DNA of 64,000 bases from Dehalococcoidia bacterium (GCA_963667465.2 CAXXDN010000001.1:512001-576000), one strand, 5' to 3'. Positions 48,442 to 58,068 are shown, counted from the stretch's first letter. Numbers and translations are program-made. Notes: generated by a model from the sequence alone, not told the origin.

Positions 48442-49942
48442 TTCCGCGCGCTCTCCTGGACCGGCGATCGACCTCGATCGCAGCGCGCACGAGCATGCGG
48501 CGGCGCTGCGCGCGGGCGAGTACAGCGCACGCGCCCTGGCCGAGGCGACGCTCGCGCGTGTGGAGGCGCAGGAGCGCGATCTCAACGCCTACATCCGCGT
48601 CACTCCCGACGAGGCGCTCGCCCAGGCCGACGCCGCGGACGAGCGGCTGCGTGAGGGCGACCTCGCGCCGCTGACCGGCATCCCCGTCGGGGTCAAGGAC
48701 GTCCTCTCCACCCGCGGCGTGGAGACGACCGCCGGCTCGCGCATCCTCGAGGGCTTCACGCCGATCATCGACTGCACCGTCGTCGCGCGGCTGCGCGAGC
48801 AGGGCGCCGTCTTCGTCGGCAAGACCAACCTCGACGAGTTCGCGATGGGTTCCTCGACCGAGCACTCTGGCTACGGCGCGACGCGCAACCCGTGGGATCT
48901 GACGCGCGTGCCGGGCGGATCGTCCGGCGGATCGGCGGCCACCGTCGCCGCCCGAGGCGTGCCGATCGCCCTCGGCACGGACACGGGCGGCTCGATCCGG
49001 CAGCCCGCCGCCCTCACGGGCATCGTCGGCCTCAAGCCCACCTACGGCCGGGTTAGCCGCTACGGCGTGGTCGCCTTCGCCTCCTCGCTCGAGCAGGTCG
49101 GGCCGTTCGCCCGTGACGCGCGCGACGCTGCGACGCTGCTGCAGGCGATCGCCGGGCACGACCCCAACGACGCGACCACCGCCCCGGAGCCCGTCCCCGA
49201 CTACAGCGAGCGCTTCGATCGCGGCCTCGAGGGTCTGCGCGTCGGCGTCCCCGGCGAGGGGCTTGTCGCGGGCCTCGAGGACGGTGTGCGGGAGGCGTTC
49301 GAGCAGGCGGTGACGTTGTTCGAGCGCGAGGGCGCGGTCGTCGATCGGTCCGTCACGCTGCCCTCGCTCGAGGTCGCGCTGTCCGCGTACTACATCATTG
49401 CGCCGGCTGAGGCGTCGGCGAACCTCGCCCGCTACGACGGCGTCAAGTACGGTTATCGCTTCAGGGGCGGCGAAGGCATGTGGGACGAGATGGAACGGAC
49501 CCGCGGCAACGGCTTCGGCGATGAGGTGAAGCGCCGCATCATGATCGGGGCCTACGCGCTCTCGGCCGGCTACTACGACGCCTACTACCGCAAGGCGCAG
49601 CAGGTGAGGACGCTGGTCCGCGCTGAGTTCGGGACCGCCCTCGCGGACAACGACCTGCTGCTCACCCCGACGACGCCGACCGTCGCCTTCCCGCTCGGCG
49701 AGAAGCTCGACGACCCGCTTGCGATGTACCTCAACGACCTGCTGACGATCCCCGTCAACGTCTCCGGCAACCCGGCGGTCAGCATCCCCGGCGGCTTCTC
49801 CGAGGGCCTGCCCGTGGGCATCCAGTTGATCGCCCGGCCGTTCGAGGAGTCGACGCTGCTCGGCGCCGCGCACGCCTGCGAGGCGCTGACCGACTGGAAC
49901 AGGCAGCGACCGCCGCTCGCCGGGATCGGAGTGCCCTCGTGA
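48434..49942 (+). CDS. gatA: Asp/Glu-tRNA amidotransferase subunit A
   Basis: [51 protein letters not shown]. Confidence 0.97.
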   Translation: MADSARSPGPAIDLDRSAHEHAAALRAGEYSARALAEATLARVEAQERDLNAYIRVTPDEALAQADAADERLREGDLAPLTGIPVGVKDVLSTRGVETTAGSRILEGFTPIIDCTVVARLREQGAVFVGKTNLDEFAMGSSTEHSGYGATRNPWDLTRVPGGSSGGSAATVAARGVPIALGTDTGGSIRQPAALTGIVGLKPTYGRVSRYGVVAFASSLEQVGPFARDARDAATLLQAIAGHDPNDATTAPEPVPDYSERFDRGLEGLRVGVPGEGLVAGLEDGVREAFEQAVTLFEREGAVVDRSVTLPSLEVALSAYYIIAPAEASANLARYDGVKYGYRFRGGEGMWDEMERTRGNGFGDEVKRRIMIGAYALSAGYYDAYYRKAQQVRTLVRAEFGTALADNDLLLTPTTPTVAFPLGEKLDDPLAMYLNDLLTIPVNVSGNPAVSIPGGFSEGLPVGIQLIARPFEESTLLGAAHACEALTDWNRQRPPLAGIGVPS

Positions 49943-51174
49943 CGAGTGACGGCCACTCCGGGTTTACCGCCGGCGGGAGCGACGGCCACCAGGCGCGCCG
50001 TGGGCTGCACTCGGAGACGGTCGCCGGCCTCCCGGCCTCCGGCATCCGCCGCTTCTTCGAGCTGCTGGACCGGGCGGAGGGTGTGATCTCGCTGGCCGTC
50101 GGCCAGCCGGACTTCGCAACGCCCGCGCAGATCACCAACGCTGCCGCCGAGGCGATGCTCGCCGGGCACACCGGCTACACCAGCAACTACGGCCTGCCCG
50201 AGCTGCGCGAGATGCTGAGCAGCCAGCTCGAACGCCTCTACGGCGTCCGCTACAACCCGGCCAACGAGCTGATGCTCACCACCGGCGTCTCCGAGGCGCT
50301 CGATATCGCGATGCGCGCCCTCGTCGACCACGACGACGAGGTGCTGACGCCGGAGCCCTGCTACGTCGCCTACCAGCCGGTCGTGCTCATGGCCGGCGCG
50401 CGCTACGTACCCGTGCCGACCTACCCCGATGACGCGTTCATGGTCACCGCCGAGGCGATCGAGGAGCGCATCACCCCGGCCACCAAGGCGATCCTGCTCG
50501 GTTACCCCTCGAACCCCACGGGCGCGGTGCTCGACCGCAAGACGATGGAGGAGATCGCCGCCGTCGCCGAGGCGCACGACCTGTTCGTGATCTCCGATGA
50601 GCTCTACGACCGCCTGACCTACGACGCCGAGCACGTCTGCTTCCCGACGATCGAGGGCATGCACGAGCGCACGATTCTGCTCGGCGGCTTCTCGAAGGCC
50701 TACGCGATGACGGGCTGGCGGCTCGGCTGGGTGGCGGCGCCGCCGCACCTGCTCGAGGCGATGATGAAGATCCACCAGTACGTGATGATGAGCGCCCCCA
50801 CCGCCGCCCAGTACGCCGCCGTCGAGGCGCTCGCCTCGGCCGAGGAGGACGTGCGCGGGATGGTCGCCGAGTACGACCGCCGGCGTCGCATGGTGGTCGC
50901 CCGGCTGCGCGCGATGGGCCTCCCCACGGTGGAGCCGCGCGGCGCCTTTTACGTCTTCCCGGACATCCGCACCACCGGCCTCGACGACCTCGCCTTCGCC
51001 GAGGCGCTGCTCGAGGAGGAGAACGTCGCGATGGTGCCGGGCTCCGCCTTCGGCGAGAGCGGGCGCGGCTTCGTGCGGATCTGCTACGCCGCCGACTACG
51101 ACGACATCGCCGAAGCGATGGACCGCACCGAGCGCTTCGTCGCGAGGCGGGTCGCGGCAGTGGGCCCGAAGTAA
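49939..51174 (+). CDS. Class I/II PLP-dependent aminotransferase
   Basis: SGIRRFF, GQPDF, SNPTG, DELY, FSKAYAMTGWRLG. Confidence 0.92.
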   Translation: MTSDGHSGFTAGGSDGHQARRGLHSETVAGLPASGIRRFFELLDRAEGVISLAVGQPDFATPAQITNAAAEAMLAGHTGYTSNYGLPELREMLSSQLERLYGVRYNPANELMLTTGVSEALDIAMRALVDHDDEVLTPEPCYVAYQPVVLMAGARYVPVPTYPDDAFMVTAEAIEERITPATKAILLGYPSNPTGAVLDRKTMEEIAAVAEAHDLFVISDELYDRLTYDAEHVCFPTIEGMHERTILLGGFSKAYAMTGWRLGWVAAPPHLLEAMMKIHQYVMMSAPTAAQYAAVEALASAEEDVRGMVAEYDRRRRMVVARLRAMGLPTVEPRGAFYVFPDIRTTGLDDLAFAEALLEEENVAMVPGSAFGESGRGFVRICYAADYDDIAEAMDRTERFVARRVAAVGPK

Positions 51175-51244
51175 CGCCGGTCGTGCGGCGCTGAGCGAGT
51201 CCGCCGCCGGCAGCCCGGACGACCTCGTCCTCTCGATCCGCGAC

Positions 51245-51883
51245 GTGCGCGCGCAACCCGGCGAGGAGCCCGGCGAGCTGGCGCTGGAGATCGACACCTC
51301 GCGCGGCACGATCCTGGCCGCGCTCCGCCCCTGCGAGGGCAAGACCGGCTGCGCCGTCTTCCTCGGCGGCGCGATGGGCGGCGGCGACGGGCCTGCCGAG
51401 GGCGTCTACCTGCGCCTCAGCCGCGAACTGACCGGGATCGGGGTCACCTCGTTGCGTGTCGGCTACCGTGAGCCGGGCGAGTTCGACGAGTGCGTGCTGG
51501 ACGCGCTCGCCGCCTGCTCGTTCCTGCGCGGCATCGGCGCGGAGCGGGCGGTCATCGTCGGGCACTCCTTCGGCGGGGCGGTGGCGATTCGGGCCGGTGA
51601 GCTGGCCCCGCTCGCGAACGCCGTCGCGGCCCTCTCCCCGCAGCGCTTCGGTACGCAGACCGTCGAGCAGCTCGGCAAACCGCTGCTGCTGATCCACGGC
51701 TCCGACGACACCGTGCTGCTACCCCAGGCCTCCGAGGACATCTACGAGCGCGCGCAGCAGCCGAAGCGCCTCGTCATCCTCGAGGGCGGCGGCCACTCCC
51801 TGCGCGAGGTCGCCGCCGACGTCCACACCTTGCTCACCCAGTTCATCAGCGACGCCGCCGGATACCTCGAGGAGCCGGAGTAG
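51245..51883 (+). CDS. Alpha/beta hydrolase (true start may lie upstream, e.g. CTG 51191)
   Basis: GHSFGG nucleophile elbow, HGSDD, GGHS. Confidence 0.8.
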   Translation: MRAQPGEEPGELALEIDTSRGTILAALRPCEGKTGCAVFLGGAMGGGDGPAEGVYLRLSRELTGIGVTSLRVGYREPGEFDECVLDALAACSFLRGIGAERAVIVGHSFGGAVAIRAGELAPLANAVAALSPQRFGTQTVEQLGKPLLLIHGSDDTVLLPQASEDIYERAQQPKRLVILEGGGHSLREVAADVHTLLTQFISDAAGYLEEPE

Positions 51884-51895
51884 GGCGCCGGGCGT

Positions 51896-52309
51896 CTATC
51901 CCCTGAGGAGGGCGACGAACCCCGCCTGTTCGAAGTCCCGGTCGTACGCCAGCGCCTCGCGGAGTCCTCGCTCCTCCATAACCAGGAAGCTGGCGCAGTC
52001 CGTGAGGCTCCACCTCTGGTCCGGCCGGGCTGCGTAGCGCTCGACTGACGCCCGGAATTGCGCGGCGGTCTGCGGAACGATCTCCACGTCCGGGTCTTGC
52101 TCCAGTTCCCGGACCATCTGTACCGCAAGCCCGCGATGGAACGCGCCCGCGCCCGCCATCGCGTTGAGCGCCTCGGTCAGAACCAGTTGTGTCGTGACGA
52201 CAGCCGTCGTTCCCATGCGCTCCGCCACGGCCATCGCCCGCTCGTACAGCGCATCGCGAGGCCTCCAGAGCGCGAGCCAGTAGGCTGCGTCAGCGAAGAC
52301 GGTCGTCAT
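51896..52309 (-). CDS. PIN-domain (VapC-like) toxin
   Basis: VFADA, LTE, WSLTDCASF..M, D.DFEQAGF. Confidence 0.88.
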   Translation of the reverse strand: MTTVFADAAYWLALWRPRDALYERAMAVAERMGTTAVVTTQLVLTEALNAMAGAGAFHRGLAVQMVRELEQDPDVEIVPQTAAQFRASVERYAARPDQRWSLTDCASFLVMEERGLREALAYDRDFEQAGFVALLRG

Positions 52310-52562
52310 GCGCCCTCTTCTTTGGGATGGCCGTAGAGGTAGTGCTTCTTGTTGCGGGCGAGGTCGGTGGGAAGCTCGTCCCGTGCCTCCGGCGGCATGG
52401 TCTTGTGGAGGTCCCTGGCCCGCCTCGCGATGGCGGCCAGTCCTCCGCCCGTCGCGGGCTCATCCTCGATCGACAGCGTCACCTCTGTGCCCTCCTCGAT
52501 GTCGAGGGGCTCCGAGGCGCGAGCACACCGTTGGCGTAGATGGCCTTCACGATGGTCACCAT
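52306..52562 (-). pseudogene. DUF104/AF2212-like antitoxin with a 1-nt frameshift
   Basis: MVTIVKAIYANGVLAP is in one frame and SEPLDIEEGTEV...PTDLARNKKHYLYG in another. ATG to stop is 257 nt, one short of a multiple of 3. The stop overlaps the toxin ATG. Confidence 0.75.
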
Positions 52563-52680
52563 TGGCTCATCCTCCCGGTACGCGCACTCACCTCTCCTAT
52601 CCTATCGCGCAGCCTCCGTCGGCGTGGTCGCCGCGCCGCAGTGAGTACCCTGGGTGCCTGTCCGCAGCGCCGACTGCCTG

Positions 52681-53424
52681 CTACACGCCCCCGAGCGGCG
52701 CGATCGCCTCGGGCGACGGCACGACGATCCACGTCGCGCGCGCGACCGCGACCGTGTGCCCGCCCGGCGCGAGTAGCGCCGACTCCGCGTGGCGGCGGTT
52801 GCCTTCGACGCCGGTCAGGCGCGCCACGGCGACGTAGTCCTCGCCGGCGCGCACCGGATCGAGGACGCGCGCGGTCATCCGCCCCAGCACGGCGCTCAGG
52901 CGATCGTCGACGTGCGCCCAGCCGGTCGGGCAGTCGATCGCGGCCCAGACGATCGGCTCCGCCACGACGCCGTCCGCGCCCGCGAGGTCGGCCGAGGGCG
53001 TCCATGGTGCGGCGACGACCCCGGAGGCCCCGGGGACGGGGCCCGTGAAGATGCGCAGGCCGTCACCGGCGGCGCGTTCGGGGCCGCAGACGAAGCAGCC
53101 TGGGAACGGATGCTGCTCGAACCCGCGGAAGCGGCTTACCGCCTCGATCGCCTCGGCGGGGCTCACAAGCGGCGGCGCTGCCGGTTCCAGTGAGGTGGGC
53201 GCGGCCTCCGCCACCAGGTGCTCACCGTCGAACAGCAGCGCGCGATCGCCCTCGTGGCGCACCTCCATCGCCCGGTCGAGCGGAGGTGGGCTGCGCAGCG
53301 TCAGCTCGGCCGTGGGCGCGTCGAGCTGACGCGCCAGCAGTGCACAGGTGTAGCCGCCGTTGCCGGACTGCGGTGGGCCGCGAAAGCGCCGGGGGATCAC
53401 GATCGTCGCCGTGCTGCCGGCCAC
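52681..53424 (-). CDS. Double hotdog-fold/thioesterase-like protein
   Basis: FRGPP.SGNGGY, HPFPGCFVCG, WAAIDCP. Confidence 0.7.
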   Translation of the reverse strand: MAGSTATIVIPRRFRGPPQSGNGGYTCALLARQLDAPTAELTLRSPPPLDRAMEVRHEGDRALLFDGEHLVAEAAPTSLEPAAPPLVSPAEAIEAVSRFRGFEQHPFPGCFVCGPERAAGDGLRIFTGPVPGASGVVAAPWTPSADLAGADGVVAEPIVWAAIDCPTGWAHVDDRLSAVLGRMTARVLDPVRAGEDYVAVARLTGVEGNRRHAESALLAPGGHTVAVARATWIVVPSPEAIAPLGGV

Positions 53425-53489
53425 CGGGCCCGTCCTTCCTCGTCCGGCGGTCGCGTGAGGAACTCGCGAGCCGTGCGGAGCGCCCGCCG

Positions 53490-54563
53490 TCAGCCGTCGA
53501 GGTAGTTGAGGCCGAGGGCGGAGCGTACGTCCACCATCGTGTCCTGCGCGACAGCGCGCGCGTACTCCGTGCCGCGGGCGAGCGCCGCGCGGACCTCGGC
53601 CGGGTTCGCCTCGTAGTGCGAGCGGCGCTCGCGGATCGGGTCGAGGAAGGTATTGAGTGCTGCCGCGAGCTTGCGCTTCACCTCCACGTCGCCGACGCGC
53701 CCCCCGCGGTAGCGGTCCTTGAGGTCGTCGACCTCCTCGGTGTCGGGGTTGAAGGCGTCGTGGTACATGAAGACCGGGTTGCCCTCGACGTGGCCGGGGT
53801 CGGTGGCGCGCAGCCGTGTCGGGTCCGTGTACATGCGCATCACCTTGCGCTCGACCGTCTCCGCGTCGTCCTTCAGGTCGATCGTGTTCCCCAGCGACTT
53901 GCTCATCTTCGCGTTGCCGTCGATGCCGACGAGGCGCGGCACGCGGCCGACGAGGCCGTCCGGCTCCGGGAAGACGTAGCCAAAGCGGCGGTTGAAGCGG
54001 CGTGCGACCTCGCGCGTCAGCTCGATGTGCGGCAGCTGGTCTTCGCCGACAGGCACGAGGTGCGCGCGCGGCATCAGGATGTTGGCGACCTGCATGATCG
54101 GGTAAGTGAAAAAGGCGACGGGCACGGCCCCGCGCTCGCGCACCACCTGGCGCTTGCCCTCGCGCTCGGCGTCCTCGAAGGACATGCCGCGCTCCTCGAG
54201 CTCGTCCATCTCAGCCTTGAGGGTCGGGTTGCGTTCGAGCCGGCCCATGCCGATGAACCAGCTGAGCAGCGTCGTCAGCTCGGCGTGCTCCGGCACCAGA
54301 CTCTCGATTACGAAGTGCGAGCGGTCCGGGTCGAGCCCGACGGCGAGCCAGTCCGTGGCGACCTCGATGACGGCCTCGCGGACGCGCTCGATGTCGTCGG
54401 CGTGGTCGGAGACCTGGTAGTCGGCGATGAGAAAAAAGCACTCGTACTCGTCCTGGAGCCGGAGCCAGTTCTCGAGCGCGCCCGCGTAGTGCCCGAGGTG
54501 CAGTGCCCCGGTGGGCCGCACCCCGGTCAGGATCCGCTGCTGCTCCTCGCCCGCCTCGCTCAT
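53490..54563 (-). CDS. trpS: Tryptophan--tRNA ligase
   Basis: TG.RPTG.LHLGH, VPVGEDQ.PH.E, KMSKS. Confidence 0.96.
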   Translation of the reverse strand: MSEAGEEQQRILTGVRPTGALHLGHYAGALENWLRLQDEYECFFLIADYQVSDHADDIERVREAVIEVATDWLAVGLDPDRSHFVIESLVPEHAELTTLLSWFIGMGRLERNPTLKAEMDELEERGMSFEDAEREGKRQVVRERGAVPVAFFTYPIMQVANILMPRAHLVPVGEDQLPHIELTREVARRFNRRFGYVFPEPDGLVGRVPRLVGIDGNAKMSKSLGNTIDLKDDAETVERKVMRMYTDPTRLRATDPGHVEGNPVFMYHDAFNPDTEEVDDLKDRYRGGRVGDVEVKRKLAAALNTFLDPIRERRSHYEANPAEVRAALARGTEYARAVAQDTMVDVRSALGLNYLDG

Positions 54564-54590
54564 CGCGCCCTGCCTCCTCGCGCGTCGAGG

Positions 54591-54625
54591 GTATCGCGAG
54601 TGGGGGAGGGGGGCGAGGGAGGGGG
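54591..54625 (-). repeat. 35-bp direct repeat (promoter-like), copy 1, upstream of trpS
   Basis: GTATCGCGAGTG(G/C)GGGAGGGGGGCGAGGGAGGGGG; second copy at 55344-55378, 1 mismatch. Confidence 0.85.
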
Positions 54626-54680
54626 CGAGCCGGTGAACGTCGGTCGCTCTCGCGGGCGGCCGTGATCGCGAAGCGGGAAC

Positions 54681-55316
54681 CTATCCGCCGGGATCGGACC
54701 AGAGCATGCGGCCGTCGGCGTCGGCGAGATCCCGCACTGCGGCATCCGCCGCAGCGAGATCGAAGGCGTCCACGTCGAGCGGGAGGTCGATGAACTCTTC
54801 GGCCCACTCCCTCAGTTCCGCGTCGTGCTCCGGGGAAGGGTTGGTCAACGCCTCGCGCAGCTCGTGGTAGCCGCCGACGCCTCCGCAGTCCTCCGGCGGA
54901 CACGCGCCGCGTCCGGCGATGCAGGCAGGCGCGTCCGGTAGCGATTGCTCGCCGCTCCGGACCGCCACGAGCTCGACGTGGTGTTCCCAGGAGTCACCGA
55001 AGTCGTACTCATAGCGGAGCGTGTCGCGGGGCGCGCGCAGGACATCCGCCACGACCACATCGGACTCATCGGCATAGCCGAGCTCATCGAGGCTGGAGTC
55101 ACCGTACGTGACTCCATCGGGCGTGGTGAACGCATGCAGATGCGAGTTAGCCCAGCCCATGGCGGCCTGGATGACCAGATGGAGGTCGGCGAGCGTGATT
55201 TGGTCCGGGATCACCACGCGCCGCTCGATGTCCGGGTCGGCATCGACAAGGGCGATCAGAATCTCGTACTGCCGATCTGTGCCCTCAGCAGGCGCACCCG
55301 AGTTGTTCGCCGCCAT
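54681..55316 (-). CDS. Plasmid pRiA4b ORF-3 family protein
   Basis: LADLH.VIQ.AMGW...HLH.F, YEYDFGD.WEH, ACPPEDCGG..GY. Confidence 0.9.
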   Translation of the reverse strand: MAANNSGAPAEGTDRQYEILIALVDADPDIERRVVIPDQITLADLHLVIQAAMGWANSHLHAFTTPDGVTYGDSSLDELGYADESDVVVADVLRAPRDTLRYEYDFGDSWEHHVELVAVRSGEQSLPDAPACIAGRGACPPEDCGGVGGYHELREALTNPSPEHDAELREWAEEFIDLPLDVDAFDLAAADAAVRDLADADGRMLWSDPGG

Positions 55317-55343
55317 CACGCTCCTCCTGCACTCACGCGGAGC

Positions 55344-55378
55344 GTATCGCGAGTGCGGGAGGGGGGCGAGGGAGGGGG
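55344..55378 (-). repeat. 35-bp direct repeat, copy 2, upstream of the pRiA4b ORF-3 gene
   Basis: Matches 54591-54625. Confidence 0.85.
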
Positions 55379-55439
55379 TGCTAGACTGGTTACCGCAGGA
55401 CCGTAGGCGATGCTGGCGGGTGGTCGAGGGGGCGGGAGC

Positions 55440-55742
55440 ATGGTTGCCGAGGCGCCGGAGCAGCTGCGGGAAGCGGCGGTCCAGTACTTCCGCGAGGAGG
55501 AACTGCCGGAAGCCCTGTGGTGGGTCGCCGATCTCAACCCGCTGCAACTGCGTCTCTTCGCAGTCGAGCTTTCGGACACGCTCAAGACCGCGCTGATCAC
55601 CGGCGACAATCTCCCGCTGTGTCGGGTGATCGAGAGCTGGGAAGCCACGGCCGAGGTCATGTCTTCCCCTGAGATGATCGCCGCGCTCACGCGGCCCATC
55701 GACGAGAGCGAGTACGCGCCGCTGTCCGAGTTCACCGAGTGA
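55440..55742 (+). CDS. Acidic putative antitoxin (Phd/YefM-like C-terminus)
   Basis: ESWEATAEVMSSPEMIAAL resembles the Phd/YefM toxin-binding helix; GGGAG SD upstream. Confidence 0.6.
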   Translation: MVAEAPEQLREAAVQYFREEELPEALWWVADLNPLQLRLFAVELSDTLKTALITGDNLPLCRVIESWEATAEVMSSPEMIAALTRPIDESEYAPLSEFTE

Positions 55743-56054
55743 TGCTCCCGGGTCGGCTCCGCCGCCAATCCGCGTGCGGGCCGACGTAGACGACTCGCAC
55801 CCTCCTGCGTTCCTCATCCACGCGAAAAATGAGCCTGCGGCGTCGACTCACGCGCAGTTGGTAGTGGTCCTCGAACGGCGCATTGAGTTGCTTGAGCCTG
55901 CCGGGGATCGGAGTAGTCGGCGTGCGGCTCGCGTAGTCTTGCAGGAAGGCGAGAGTCACCTCCCTCTCACGTTCGTTCCACGATCGGAGTTCCGCCCGGT
56001 CTCGGCGTCGGAGCCGGATCTCGTAGAGGGGTGTTCGGATTCCTCGTCCACCAT
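55732..56054 (-). pseudogene. RelE/ParE-superfamily toxin, apparently frameshifted near its N-terminus
   Basis: LYEIRL...GRLKQL....HYQLRV....RLIFRVDE....V.VVYVGPH. ATG 56054 is 1 nt out of frame, at the G-run 56028-56031. Confidence 0.65.
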
Positions 56055-56059
56055 CGCCC

Positions 56060-57721
56060 CTACATCCGCTCCGGCGCCGAGATGCCCATCAGGCCGAGCG
56101 TGCGGGCGAGGGTGAGGCGGGTGGCCTCGAGGAGCAGGAGGCGCGCGCGGCTCAGCGCCTCGTCGTCGCCGAGCACGCGGCACTGCGTGTAGAAGACGTG
56201 GAAGGACTGCGCCAGCTCCTGCGCGTAGTGCGGGAGGCGGTGCGGCGCCAGCTCCTCGACGACCTCCTCGATCACCTCGGGCAGCAGCAGCAGCTTGCGG
56301 ATCAGCGCCTGCTCCGCCTCGTGCGTCAGCAACGAGGGCTGCGCACCCTCGGCGGACAGTCCCTGCTCGACGGCGTTGCGCAACACCCCGGCGATGCGCG
56401 CGTGCGCGTACTGCACGTAGTAGACCGGGTTGTCGTCCGACTGCCGCTTCGCCAGCTCCAGGTCGAAGTCCATCGCCGACCCGGCCGAGGAGAGCAGGAA
56501 GAAGAAGCGCGCCGCGTCGCGGCCGACCTCGTCGACGACCTCGCGCAGCGTCACGATCTCGCCCGCGCGCTTGGAGAGCGGGACGACCACCCCGTTCCGC
56601 TTGAGCGTCACGAGCTGGTAGAGCAGCACATCCAGCGCGTCGCCGTCGCCGCCCGTCGCCGTCACGCCGGCCTTGACGCGCGAGACGTGGCCCTGGTGGT
56701 CCGCGCCCCAGACGTCGATCACGCGGTCGAAGCCCCGCTCGATGAACTTGTCGTAGTGGTAAGCGATGTCCGTGGCGAAGTAGGTCGGCTGGCCGTCCGA
56801 GCGGATCAGCACGTTGTCCTTCGACTCGCCGAGTTGCGAGGAGGCGAACCAGACCGCGCCCTCGCGCTCGACGACGTGGCCGTCCCCGCGCAGCAGCGAG
56901 AGCACGCGGTCGTAGGGGCCGCCCTCGACCTGCAGCGAGCGCTCGGCGAACCAGCGGTCGTAGCGCACGCCCATCGCCTCGAGGTCCTCGCGGATCTGCT
57001 CGACCATGAGCCGGATGCCCTCGTCGCCGAGCCGGGCGGCGGGCTCCTCGCCCTCGGGGCGGAGGAAGGAGTCGCCGTGCTCGCCCTGAAGGCGGGCGGC
57101 GATCTCGCGCACGTACTCGCCGGGGTAGCCGTTCTCCGGGATCTCCACGTCACGGCCGTAGAGCTGCTGGTAGCGGGCGTAGAGGGTGCGGGCGAAGATC
57201 GCGACCTGCTGGCCGGCGTCGTTGATGTAGTACTCCTCCTCCACCTCGTGCCCGGTCGCGCGCAGCACGGCGGCGAGCGTGGAGCCGATGGCCGCCCCGC
57301 GCCCGTTGCCGACGTGCACCGGCCCGGTCGGGTTGGCGGAGACGTACTCGACCTGCGTCTTGCTGCCGCCGCCGAGGTCGAGTTGCGGCCAGGCCTCGCC
57401 CTCCTCGGCGATGGCGCGCGCCCGGTCGGCGGCCCAGGCGGGGTCGAGGTAGAGGTTAAGGAAGCCGGGCGGGGCGACGCTGACTTCGCCGACGGCGGGG
57501 TGGTCGGGCATGCGCGCGCGCAGCGCCTCGGCGACATCAAGGGCGCGCATGCGGGCGAGGCCCTGGATGCGCAGCGGGAGGTTGGCGGCGAAGTCGCCGT
57601 GCTCGGGGCGCTGGGGGTGCTCGAGTGTGACCTCGGGCGCGGCGAACGCGGGCAGGTCGCCCGCCTCCTGCGCGGCGACGAGCGCTCGTTCGACCAGTTC
57701 CCGCAGCTCTTCGCGAATCAC
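56060..57721 (-). CDS. argS: Arginine--tRNA ligase
   Basis: VEYVSANPTGP.HVGNGR, WGADH, SKRAG, YVQYAHAR, APERM. Confidence 0.97.
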   Translation of the reverse strand: MIREELRELVERALVAAQEAGDLPAFAAPEVTLEHPQRPEHGDFAANLPLRIQGLARMRALDVAEALRARMPDHPAVGEVSVAPPGFLNLYLDPAWAADRARAIAEEGEAWPQLDLGGGSKTQVEYVSANPTGPVHVGNGRGAAIGSTLAAVLRATGHEVEEEYYINDAGQQVAIFARTLYARYQQLYGRDVEIPENGYPGEYVREIAARLQGEHGDSFLRPEGEEPAARLGDEGIRLMVEQIREDLEAMGVRYDRWFAERSLQVEGGPYDRVLSLLRGDGHVVEREGAVWFASSQLGESKDNVLIRSDGQPTYFATDIAYHYDKFIERGFDRVIDVWGADHQGHVSRVKAGVTATGGDGDALDVLLYQLVTLKRNGVVVPLSKRAGEIVTLREVVDEVGRDAARFFFLLSSAGSAMDFDLELAKRQSDDNPVYYVQYAHARIAGVLRNAVEQGLSAEGAQPSLLTHEAEQALIRKLLLLPEVIEEVVEELAPHRLPHYAQELAQSFHVFYTQCRVLGDDEALSRARLLLLEATRLTLARTLGLMGISAPERM

Positions 57722-57793
57722 GTCCCGCCCAGTCTAGCGCGCCCCGCGTCGCGCGCGAGGGGTGCGGGCGAGGAGTAGCGGTATACTCGGAGC

Positions 57794-58057
57794 ATGGGTA
57801 CGAACGAGAAGCTGCTGCAACCTCTCGGGTTCCTCGCGTCGCTGCGCAGACTCGTCTCGCGTGCGCCGGCGAGCGTGACCGAGGTGGAGTTGCCTGCAGA
57901 ACAGCTGTCCGGACCGTCTGACCTGCCCGCCGGGTCGCTGCGCGTGCGGGAACAGGGCGCGAGGCTACTTCCGGTGCCTGACTCGGATGGTGTTGGCCCC
58001 CCGGGTCCCTCCGGCATCCCGGCAGGTCCATTGCGCGTCGAGAAGCGCGGGCTATAG
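57794..58057 (+). CDS. Small hypothetical protein
   Basis: TATACT -10-like hexamer 7 nt before the ATG; no recognisable motif. Confidence 0.4.
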   Translation: MGTNEKLLQPLGFLASLRRLVSRAPASVTEVELPAEQLSGPSDLPAGSLRVREQGARLLPVPDSDGVGPPGPSGIPAGPLRVEKRGL

Positions 58058-58068
58058 GCGAACTTCAG

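Noticed and set aside
54564-54680. T-box riboswitch upstream of trpS
   Set aside because: The intergenic space is too short and has no T-box consensus (TGGNACCGCG).
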